DNA of 17,175 nt, from the NCBI GenBank assembly GCA_003345555.1, contig PRDJ01000032.1, positions 1 through 17,175 of the forward strand. The letters are read 5' to 3'. The stretch is from Candidatus Thorarchaeota archaeon (lineage in GTDB: Archaea; Asgardarchaeota; Thorarchaeia; Thorarchaeales; Thorarchaeaceae). The notes under the pieces were generated by a model, which saw only the letters and a program-made list of their open reading frames with translations, searched no databases and was not told the DNA's origin. Shown here in pieces: positions 7,663-14,958 of this stretch. The translations under genes were made by a program, and so were the position numbers. Position 1 is the stretch's first letter, and every line of letters starts with the position of its first letter.

Positions 7663-8223
7663 TTATCTCGATGAAGAATCCTGCCTCTCCTTCTGACGCG
7701 ATAGGTCAGATTTCAAAACAAGAGGTGAAGCAAGGTTTTCTAGTGCCGCGACTATGGCTTTCTCAGCGATTCTATAGGTTTCAAGATCTTCGTTGCTGAG
7801 ATCGGCCTTTCCAGCTAATGCATCGCGGATGCGCCTGTAGTCGCCAATCTTCCCTGCGATTTCCTCGAAAGGTCTGAAAATGGTGAAATCAAAGAAACCT
7901 AGGTATGACAAGAGGAGCATAGTGTGGAGGCACTGGGTGACGTTCTTTCGCGCCTGCCTTAGAGTTCGGTTGAAAGAGCCGCGACTGACTCCTGTGACCT
8001 TGGGAGTTTTCCTAGATCGGAAGGAGGCTTTCTTGTCGTAAGGTATATGCATACCATAGCTGTCCTCGATGATTAAGTCAATCAAGAGCGTCTCTAGCTG
8101 AGCGCTTGTTAAACTAGAACCCCGCAATAGCGCCCTGAGAATCGGTTCCTTCAACACTTGGCTGGTACGAGAAGAAATGGTTCCTGTTCGTCTAGGCTTG
8201 ACTTGACCTGTTCTTGGTTCCAT
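7663..8223 (-). CDS. Conserved archaeal hypothetical protein, putative HTH DNA-binding protein
   Basis: The pattern LT..QLETLLID...KA..R...VSRGSFNRTLRQARKN resembles an uncharacterised archaeal family with a helix-turn-helix-like core. Start placed at ATG 8223; the ORF track gives 8241. Confidence 0.7.
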   Translation of the reverse strand: MEPRTGQVKPRRTGTISSRTSQVLKEPILRALLRGSSLTSAQLETLLIDLIIEDSYGMHIPYDKKASFRSRKTPKVTGVSRGSFNRTLRQARKNVTQCLHTMLLLSYLGFFDFTIFRPFEEIAGKIGDYRRIRDALAGKADLSNEDLETYRIAEKAIVAALENLASPLVLKSDLSRQKERQDSSSR

Positions 8224-8545
8224 ATGCCATAGTCCCTTCAAAGCTAATCTCTTACAAGTTACAATAGCTTGAGAATCGTGAAGCCACTAAATGCCTGTGA
8301 ATCCTTGGGGGAGAGTCACGACTGAACGTATTCGAGAGATGAGCTGTGACCCTCGGGCGGATACGCTTTTGTATACATGCACTACTTACAAATCGATGTA
8401 AAGCCTTTCTGGATGTGCAAGGTCTGGAGACAATCAGTAGATTGGATGCCTTTTCTGTGTGGAAAATAAACAGACGCCTAGTGCCAATCGTAGGCATCAT
8501 ATATCTCATGAGACAGCGTACAGAAGAACGAAGGGAGGGTTCGTG

Positions 8546-8962
8546 CTACCTAGTCGGCAGTGTCCACTCCGAGCCTGGGCGCACGGGCACGAAACTAAGG
8601 ATGATATTCCCTCTAATGTCGTCAAACTTGAAAACGCCGAGCATTCGAGTGCCGGTCGGGGTATCCCATCCGAGCCACCCTCTGCTGATATAGTACTGGA
8701 ACACATCTCTGCAGTGCTTTCTGACCTGCAAAAATAGGTTCCGATAGTGTCTTCGCTGCGAAGGCCGAATGCCCCACCGCCCCAGAATGAAACGATTTGC
8801 CAGACCATTGCTCGAGACTAGGATAGGCCTCCTTCCTATAGGCTCAGTAAGGATAGAGTTGCGGAGAGCGTCTTTCAGGCACTCCGGTATCGAAGCCAAA
8901 ATAGAGGGCGTCGGTTCTGGTTCTCCCAGGAAGGTTGACTCTGATTCAATCGTCGGACACAT
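8546..8962 (-). CDS. Hypothetical protein, possible winged-helix fold
   Basis: 138 aa. Apparent helix-strand-helix-helix (SSNGLANRFI; YRNLFLQVRKHCRDVFQYYISRG) followed by beta-rich segments. More protein-like than the overlapping ORFs. Confidence 0.6.
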   Translation of the reverse strand: MCPTIESESTFLGEPEPTPSILASIPECLKDALRNSILTEPIGRRPILVSSNGLANRFILGRWGIRPSQRRHYRNLFLQVRKHCRDVFQYYISRGWLGWDTPTGTRMLGVFKFDDIRGNIILSFVPVRPGSEWTLPTR

Positions 8963-9145
8963 ATCCTCAATCGTTGATTAGTCCTGTACAAGACTTATGA
9001 GCGCCTACATAATGGATCCGTCAGGTTGTGTCTTCTTCTCTTTGCGGATGTATTATCGTACATACTTGTAATACGACCGTACCACCAAGCCTTCTACCGG
9101 TGGGAAGGCCGGTTTGCCAGTTCACTGACTTAATATCACAAAGCG

Positions 9146-11542
9146 GTGCGATATGCGAACAGGTCTGAGGACTTGAAGCAAAGGGCAGACATCCATATCA
9201 TCGGTGTCGTTCAGGGTGTCGGTTTTCGGCCTTTTGTCTACGGCCTCGCGAAGGAGTTGAACCTAGTTGGGTATGTCCTGAACCTGGGAAATGCCGGAGT
9301 ACAGCTAGTGGTGGAGGGCCGCCGAGGAGACATCGAGGGCCTAATCGCCGAAGTGAAATCTAGGGCACCAGCCGTATCGCGGATAGACGGAATCAATGTC
9401 GAATGGAGCGATGCAACGGGTGAGTTCAACGAGTTCAGAATTGAGAGATCCGTCGACGTGAGAAAAGAAACATCTGGTCTCGACATGCCCCCAGACATCG
9501 CTATGTGTGAGGACTGTGTGGCTGATTTGCTGAGATCCGGCTCTCGTTGGCACCTGTATCCTTTTACCTCATGTTCTATCTGTGGTCCTAGATTCTCGAC
9601 AATCACAAGTCTTCCTTACGACCGCCCAAATACGACCATGACGGATTTTCCTTTATGCAATACGTGTAATACGGAGTACAACAACCCGACCGATCGTCGA
9701 TACTATGCGCAGACCATCGCATGTCCAGAGTGTGGGCCAATCTATCGATTACTGGATCCATTAGGTAGGCTAGTAGAAGACTCTGAACCAATCGCCACAG
9801 CCGCAAAGCTCGTGGAGAACGGAAAGATAGGAGCATTTCAGGGAATATCAGGCACACATTTGGTCACAATGACCAGCAAACCAACAGCGATTCAGGAACT
9901 CAGGGAGAGAAAAAGAAGATTGCGCAGGCCATTCGCGATAATGGTCAGAGACCTAGAGACCCTGAGAAATCAGTTTCTCGTGTCGTCACAAGAGATAGAT
10001 CTGTTGACTTCTTGGCGAAGACCAATTGTGTTGGTCAAGAAGAGGAAAGGTTCGAAAGAATCTGACAAAGATTCTTCGAGGATTACACGAGAGATACCCG
10101 CTGAGTCTCTGGAGTTGATATCTCCCGGTTTAGATACGGTCGGTGTTATGCTGCCTTACTCAGGCCTACATCATCTCTTGTTTCACTACATGGATGAACC
10201 AGGACTGGTGATGACAAGTGCCAATCCGACGGGCTTGCCCATGTATGTTAACCCTGAGGTCATCATTTCTGAGCTGAAGGGGATAGCTGACCTCTTCCTG
10301 GTCCATAATAGGAGAATCGAGCAAAGAGCAGACGATTCTGTGATCAAACTCTTGCTGAACGGCCCCATCTTCATTCGGAGGGCACGCGGCTACGTTCCAG
10401 AACCAATTATAGTAAATGGCCTATCAAGAGAAGCTAAGTTGATTGCAGTTGGGCCAGAGGAAAGAGCGACTGGAGCAGTTCTTAGTAGAGGCAAGGTCTA
10501 CCAGACTCAGCACATAGGGGATACGAACAGAGCAGAGAACATCGATTTTCTCTGGGATGCATTGAGTCACCTCATGAACATCCTTGCAGTAACGAGACTC
10601 GATGCTGTTGCCTGCGACCTTCATCCGGAATTTCTTAGCAGTGAATTCGCAAGGAATTTGGCGGCTGAACGAAAGGTGCCCGTGCTTCCTGTCCAACACC
10701 ATCATGCTCATCTTGCGGCCCTGCTTGCAGACTCGGGTCTCCCTGCTGATACCACTATTGCGTGTATTACAATCGACGGCTTTGGATATGCTCTTGGCGG
10801 TGAGTCGTGGGGAGGAGACGTCTTAGTTGGCAATGCCGTCGAAGCCACAAGAGCAGGGGGATTGAAGCGGCAAGCCTATTCAGGCGGCGACTTGTCCGCT
10901 ACTTACAGCGCAAGAGCTCTGCTAGGAATACTCGGTGATTCATTTGACGTTAGTGAGATTTCTCATTTGATAGGAAAGGCACAGATCGCGCCAGGTGTTG
11001 TTGCTACTGGGAGCAACCTATCAATGCTTTCTGAAATGCGACAGCGACGTGTGAATGTCTTGTACAGCACGAGTGCAGGCAGGTTTCTTGATGCTGTGTC
11101 AGCTGCCCTTGGTCTGTGCTTCGAGAACAGCTACGACGGAGAATGTCCGATGCAGTTGGAGGCGGTCGCTCGCGAAACAGGCCTCAGGATCAATAAGGAA
11201 CATAGTCTTGAGAAATCGGTCGTGCTGGATAGCACAGAAGCTATTCGAGAGATTCTGCGGCTTAGGAGACAGGGCGTTCCAACAGAGGAAGTCGCTTATG
11301 CAGCGCAATGGTACCTAGGGGAGTCGCTGGCGACTATTGCGTGCATGGTCTCCATGGAGAGGGGGATTGGGTCTGTAGGAGTCTCTGGTGGAGTTGCAGT
11401 TAACCGGATTGTTACGCAGGCTATCTCTACGACGGTGGAAAAGGAAGGGCTCAAGTTATTGGTTCATAGAAATGTGCCACCTGGTGACGGAGGAATCTCT
11501 GTTGGTCAGATTGTTGTGTCCGCATCGAATCTGAATCAGTGA
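9146..11542 (+). CDS. hypF: [NiFe]-hydrogenase maturation carbamoyltransferase HypF
   Basis: Acylphosphatase domain GVVQGVGFRPFVY, zinc fingers CEDC/CSICGPR and CNTC/CPECGP, YrdC-like TSAN, QHHHAH, DGFG, GGVAVN, PPGDGGISVGQ. The true start may be TTG 9173, after GAGG. Confidence 0.97.
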   Translation: MRYANRSEDLKQRADIHIIGVVQGVGFRPFVYGLAKELNLVGYVLNLGNAGVQLVVEGRRGDIEGLIAEVKSRAPAVSRIDGINVEWSDATGEFNEFRIERSVDVRKETSGLDMPPDIAMCEDCVADLLRSGSRWHLYPFTSCSICGPRFSTITSLPYDRPNTTMTDFPLCNTCNTEYNNPTDRRYYAQTIACPECGPIYRLLDPLGRLVEDSEPIATAAKLVENGKIGAFQGISGTHLVTMTSKPTAIQELRERKRRLRRPFAIMVRDLETLRNQFLVSSQEIDLLTSWRRPIVLVKKRKGSKESDKDSSRITREIPAESLELISPGLDTVGVMLPYSGLHHLLFHYMDEPGLVMTSANPTGLPMYVNPEVIISELKGIADLFLVHNRRIEQRADDSVIKLLLNGPIFIRRARGYVPEPIIVNGLSREAKLIAVGPEERATGAVLSRGKVYQTQHIGDTNRAENIDFLWDALSHLMNILAVTRLDAVACDLHPEFLSSEFARNLAAERKVPVLPVQHHHAHLAALLADSGLPADTTIACITIDGFGYALGGESWGGDVLVGNAVEATRAGGLKRQAYSGGDLSATYSARALLGILGDSFDVSEISHLIGKAQIAPGVVATGSNLSMLSEMRQRRVNVLYSTSAGRFLDAVSAALGLCFENSYDGECPMQLEAVARETGLRINKEHSLEKSVVLDSTEAIREILRLRRQGVPTEEVAYAAQWYLGESLATIACMVSMERGIGSVGVSGGVAVNRIVTQAISTTVEKEGLKLLVHRNVPPGDGGISVGQIVVSASNLNQ

Positions 11543-11588
11543 TCAAATGGAGTGATGCAGCCCATTCTGTCGGATTCGTTGGGAAATA

Positions 11589-12215
11589 TCATAGTCGGAG
11601 CATTCCACCCACCTGTGCAAAGCCGAGGTTGAATGCTGCAGAGTTCACTTGCTGAAATTGCTCCGGTACTGTATCGTACAAAGATTGTAAGGCAGAATCT
11701 TTGGTTACTGGTACCAGCTCGGTGCTGATTATTGCACCTAACATGACCATGTTTAGTGAATTCGGACTACCGGCCTTCTCTGCAAGCTCCATCGCATCGA
11801 ACTCAATCACGTTAGTGGTGAATCTCTTCGTTGCACTCATTATCGCGTCGTGATCCGGATATGTTCCTTGGTCCATTGAGACAGCTACTGGCAGTAGGAT
11901 ATGAGAACTCATGATTACACATCCATTAGGGGCGACCAGATGGATTTCACGCAGAGTCTCGATTGGTTCGAAACCTACCACGAGATGCGCGGTGCCTGGA
12001 TCAATGATAGGACCCTTTGCATGTTCGCCTATTCTAATTGTGCAAAGAACGTGGCCACCACGTTGGGCCATCCCGTGTATCTCGCCAACTCGGACATTAT
12101 GACCGTCCAGCATGGCTGCTTTTGCTAACACTTCTGCAAGAGTTAGAACGCCTTGGCCGCCTACCCCGCTAAGAGCCACATTCGTGACATCGACTGTATT
12201 ACGAACAATACGCAT
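11589..12215 (-). CDS. iorB: Indolepyruvate:ferredoxin oxidoreductase beta subunit
   Basis: GVGGQGVLT, GEIHGMAQRGGHV, GFEPIETLR, NMVMLGA. Starts 3 nt after the iorA stop, with GGGAGG at the end of iorA. Confidence 0.93.
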   Translation of the reverse strand: MRIVRNTVDVTNVALSGVGGQGVLTLAEVLAKAAMLDGHNVRVGEIHGMAQRGGHVLCTIRIGEHAKGPIIDPGTAHLVVGFEPIETLREIHLVAPNGCVIMSSHILLPVAVSMDQGTYPDHDAIMSATKRFTTNVIEFDAMELAEKAGSPNSLNMVMLGAIISTELVPVTKDSALQSLYDTVPEQFQQVNSAAFNLGFAQVGGMLRL

Positions 12216-12218
12216 TCT

Positions 12219-14108
12219 TCAGTCCTCCCGGTTTATGGCACCTTTAGGACATACAGCCGCACAGATACCACACTCGTTGCACAGAGTCTCATCAACCACG
12301 GCCTTGTTTGTCTCAGAATCAAAATACATCGCCGGACATGAAAGCCGATGAAGACACCGTTTGCAGGCGTTACATAGATCTGAGTTGACTCGATAGGGAT
12401 GCGGCGGAGTTCCGGTTTGTTGCCTATCGATGGCTGCAAGAAGTGCACATGGTTCTCTGGACACCAACACGGCCGGTTGTTTGTTTTCTCTCACCCATAC
12501 AACCATCTCTCGGATCTCTGACACCAAGGTGGCCATGGAATCAAACGGTCGTACCATTCTTACATAGTTCACACCTAAGCCCTTGCACACATCAACTATG
12601 TCAATCGGACTAACCTTCTCTTGCATCCCTGTAAGGCCCGTACCAGGATGTGGCTGCTGTCCTGTCATCGCTGTAGTACGATTGTCAAGCACGACCACGC
12701 TGATTGGGTGTCTGTTGTACACCGCGTCAACTATGCCCGGAAGGCCTGAAGCGAAAAACGTGCTATCGCCAATTGTGGCTACGACGTCCTGATCAGTAAC
12801 CCGTGCTATTCCACAGGCAGTAGTGATTGACGATCCCATGTCAAACAGTATGTCTGCTGTCTCGAGAGGGGGAGCAATGCTCAGCGTATAGCAGCCTATG
12901 TCAGATGGGTAAATCGCCTTTCCCCTAGTAGCCACTCGAATAGCATAGTACGTCGCCCTATGGGGACAGCCAGCACACAGCAGTGGTGGTCGGGACGGTA
13001 ATGAGGACAATTCCTCAGCTTTCGAGTCAATTTGCTGCCAGTTAATAGGTGTATTACGATTCAGAATCTTGGCCAATCCCTCTATCACTGTTCTGGGGGT
13101 GTATTCGTAAGTCCTAGGAAAGTAACCTTGTTCCTTGCCCAAAATTGTGACTACTATGTGGTTCAGTTGTGCGACCCGGCGCACCTGGGTTTCCAAGAAG
13201 GGTTCCAACTCCTCTACCACTACCACTTTCGTGTGCTCTTGCAAGAAGTCGGAGATCTTCCGTTCTGGCAGAGGGTGCGTCATTCCCAGTTTGAGTATCT
13301 CGGCCTTTAGACCGAGGGTTGAGACTGCCTCAATGGCATAGTTGAAGGCCACGCCACTCGTGATTATGCCAAGCTCGCCTTCACCGATTCTATAATTCAG
13401 GGATGTCTCCTCAGATATTCTTCTGGCCTTCTCGATTTGCTGTAGTAACCAAGGATGCCGCTTGTATGCTACCGACGGAATGGGAACGAATCTGAATGGA
13501 TCTTTGTCGAATTTCACAGTTGAAACACGGTCTCGCATAGGACCTAGCTCTACTGGTGCTCTCGTGTGACTGACACGAGTAGTCGTACGGTAGAGAACGG
13601 GGAGCTCGAGTTTCTCGGATATATCAAAGGCCTCAATGAGCATGGATTTGGCTTCGACAGGATCAGAAGGTTCCAACATTGGTGTGTTGGCCATGAGAGC
13701 ATAGTAGCGCGAGTCGTTCTCGTTTTGCGAGCTCCACATACTTGGGTCGTCTGCGACCACCACCACCATGCCTCCGCGCACTCCTACGTATGCTAGCGAG
13801 AGGAACGGGTCGGCCGCTACGTTTAGTCCCGGGCCTTTACAGGCGATCATTGACCTCACTCCAGCGACCGCGGCAGCACCAGCAACCTCCATTGCGACCT
13901 TTTCGTTTGTACTGAATTCGAAATAGAAATCGGGAATACGTGTAGCTATAGCTGTCAGATTGTTGCCGATTTCACTGCTCGGCGTCCCAGGATATACTGC
14001 CACCAGACGTACCCCTGCTTCCAACACGCCTCGAGCTATTGCTTCGTTGCCCAGAAGCAGTATCCTCTTCCCCGGGTTATCCTCAAGCAGTTCAGTAGGT
14101 TTGGTCAA
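12219..14108 (-). CDS. iorA: Indolepyruvate:ferredoxin oxidoreductase alpha subunit
   Basis: LLGNEAIARG, NEKVA, GLNVAADP, DDPSMWSSQNE, CAGCPHR, DIGCY, IGDSTF, LDNRTTAMTGQQP and a C-terminal 2x[4Fe-4S] motif. Recognisable IorA sequence begins near TTG 14108 (629 aa); the extra 97 codons in the ORF track up to 14399 are not IorA-like. Confidence 0.95.
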   Translation of the reverse strand: MTKPTELLEDNPGKRILLLGNEAIARGVLEAGVRLVAVYPGTPSSEIGNNLTAIATRIPDFYFEFSTNEKVAMEVAGAAAVAGVRSMIACKGPGLNVAADPFLSLAYVGVRGGMVVVVADDPSMWSSQNENDSRYYALMANTPMLEPSDPVEAKSMLIEAFDISEKLELPVLYRTTTRVSHTRAPVELGPMRDRVSTVKFDKDPFRFVPIPSVAYKRHPWLLQQIEKARRISEETSLNYRIGEGELGIITSGVAFNYAIEAVSTLGLKAEILKLGMTHPLPERKISDFLQEHTKVVVVEELEPFLETQVRRVAQLNHIVVTILGKEQGYFPRTYEYTPRTVIEGLAKILNRNTPINWQQIDSKAEELSSLPSRPPLLCAGCPHRATYYAIRVATRGKAIYPSDIGCYTLSIAPPLETADILFDMGSSITTACGIARVTDQDVVATIGDSTFFASGLPGIVDAVYNRHPISVVVLDNRTTAMTGQQPHPGTGLTGMQEKVSPIDIVDVCKGLGVNYVRMVRPFDSMATLVSEIREMVVWVRENKQPAVLVSREPCALLAAIDRQQTGTPPHPYRVNSDLCNACKRCLHRLSCPAMYFDSETNKAVVDETLCNECGICAAVCPKGAINRED

Positions 14109-14207
14109 GTTATCATGCGCCCTATGGAGAACCGGTCCCAGAAGAGCTTGGACAGGTGATTGTGTATCTATCTTATGGTATAGAGAACAAAGACGCACAC
14201 AAGGATC

Positions 14208-14219
14208 CAAACAAAAACA
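14208..14219 (-). terminator. U-rich tract (TGTTTTTGTTTG on minus strand), copy 1 of an exact 12-bp direct repeat
   Basis: CAAACAAAAACA occurs at 14208-14219 and 14380-14391. Oligo-U tracts act as archaeal terminators; function here is inferred. Confidence 0.35.
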
Positions 14220-14249
14220 AACTGAGGAAGACCACGGAGAGCTGGAGAC

Positions 14250-14267
14250 TTGGAACACGTGTTCCAA
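14250..14267. repeat. 18-bp perfect palindrome, copy 1 (TTGGAACACGTGTTCCAA)
   Basis: Exact self-complementary 18-mer, preceded by CTGGAG. Confidence 0.9.
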
Positions 14268-14342
14268 CCACTCGACCAACTGATCGGCGAGTCGGGGTCG
14301 GCTGGAGCTTCTAGTTACTCCCCTCTGCTTCCACTGGAGCAT

Positions 14343-14360
14343 ATGGAACAGATGTTCTAA
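14343..14360. repeat. Palindrome copy 2, degenerate centre (ATGGAACAGATGTTCTAA)
   Basis: GGAACA and TGTTC half-sites conserved with the central 2 bp changed; also preceded by CTGGAG. Confidence 0.8.
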
Positions 14361-14379
14361 CGCGATAATAATACTACTA

Positions 14380-14391
14380 CAAACAAAAACA
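14380..14391 (-). terminator. U-rich tract, copy 2 of the 12-bp direct repeat
   Basis: Identical to 14208-14219; lies downstream of the 14509-14799 gene on the minus strand. Confidence 0.35.
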
Positions 14392-14400
14392 GATGACATT

Positions 14401-14424
14401 CCGCTTCAGAAGCGGCTATTTATA
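14401..14424 (-). promoter_or_regulatory. Candidate TATA box (TATAAATA, 14424-14417) immediately followed by palindrome CCGCTTC-N-GAAGCGG (14401-14415)
   Basis: Near-consensus archaeal TATA on the minus strand with CGATAAG upstream, and a 7-1-7 perfect inverted repeat abutting it. Confidence 0.5.
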
Positions 14425-14487
14425 CTTATCGACCCACATCTAACCAATATGCATTCTCCTTCGACCGGAAATGATGGGGCCTGGGAG

Positions 14488-14505
14488 TTGGAACACGTGT
14501 TCTAA
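14488..14505. repeat. Palindrome copy 3 (TTGGAACACGTGTTCTAA)
   Basis: One mismatch from copy 1; separated by 3 bp from the stop codon of the 14509-14799 gene; preceded by CTGGGAG. Confidence 0.9.
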
Positions 14506-14508
14506 ATC

Positions 14509-14799
14509 CTAATCTAATTGTCTGCTTACCTCGAATGTTTTGGTGATCAGGATGTCTTGGTACGAGTGGAACAGTGCTTCGAATGCTCCTCTGTATTCCG
14601 AAGGCACCAGTATTGCAGATGCAGTGACTGCAACAGAGCCTGAGCACTCTTCTAGTAAGCCTGGCTTTCGCTTCTCTCTATACCCTCCTTTCGTTCTCCA
14701 AGAATACATGAACCCATAGAGCTCCTTTGTAAAAGAGACTCTTCTAGCGTTGGTCTCGCGCGCCCGTTTGCAGTCGTACACATATAGGTAGTAAACCAT
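14509..14799 (-). CDS. Small basic protein with putative Cas2/VapD-like ferredoxin fold
   Basis: The N-terminal strand ending in YD (MVYYLYVYD), helix NARRVSFTKELYG, GLL...ASAILVP, helix and terminal strand TFEV mirror Cas2/VapD topology. No other cas genes in the window. Confidence 0.6.
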   Translation of the reverse strand: MVYYLYVYDCKRARETNARRVSFTKELYGFMYSWRTKGGYREKRKPGLLEECSGSVAVTASAILVPSEYRGAFEALFHSYQDILITKTFEVSRQLD

Positions 14800-14814
14800 T
14801 GCAATCTCAAGCGC

Positions 14815-14832
14815 TTAGAACACGTGTTCCTC
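14815..14832. repeat. Palindrome copy 4 (TTAGAACACGTGTTCCTC), inverted relative to copy 3
   Basis: 14815-14830 is the exact reverse complement of 14490-14505; it lies 15 bp upstream of the ATG at 14799. Confidence 0.9.
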
Positions 14833-14958
14833 TTTCAGGGCGAGTATTACAAAGCCGTGTATATCAAAAGCTTAAAGCCACAACAACTGGTCGCTAGCGG
14901 CGTCCGGCGACAGCAGCTATGAGCGTCAGCACAGCGATTCACACGAGGAGGGATCTCC

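Noticed and set aside
9089-9109. Hairpin GCCTTCT-N7-GGGAAGGC upstream of hypF
   Set aside because: A single short stem with no U-tract or second copy; too little to assign a function.
14109-14399. 726-aa IorA as given by the ORF track
   Set aside because: The first 97 residues have no IorA-like motifs and overlap repeats and U-tracts; TTG 14108 gives a normal-length protein. Kept only as a caveat in the findings.
14566-14583. Fifth palindrome copy inside the Cas2-like gene (GTGGAACAGTGCTTCGAA)
   Set aside because: Only about 12 of 18 positions match, and it is within coding sequence; compatible with chance.
14241-14832. CRISPR array (repeats next to a Cas2-like gene)
   Set aside because: Spacing is irregular (93, 145, 327 bp), one copy is inverted, there is no GAAA(C/G)-type 3' end, and no cas1 or effector genes are present.
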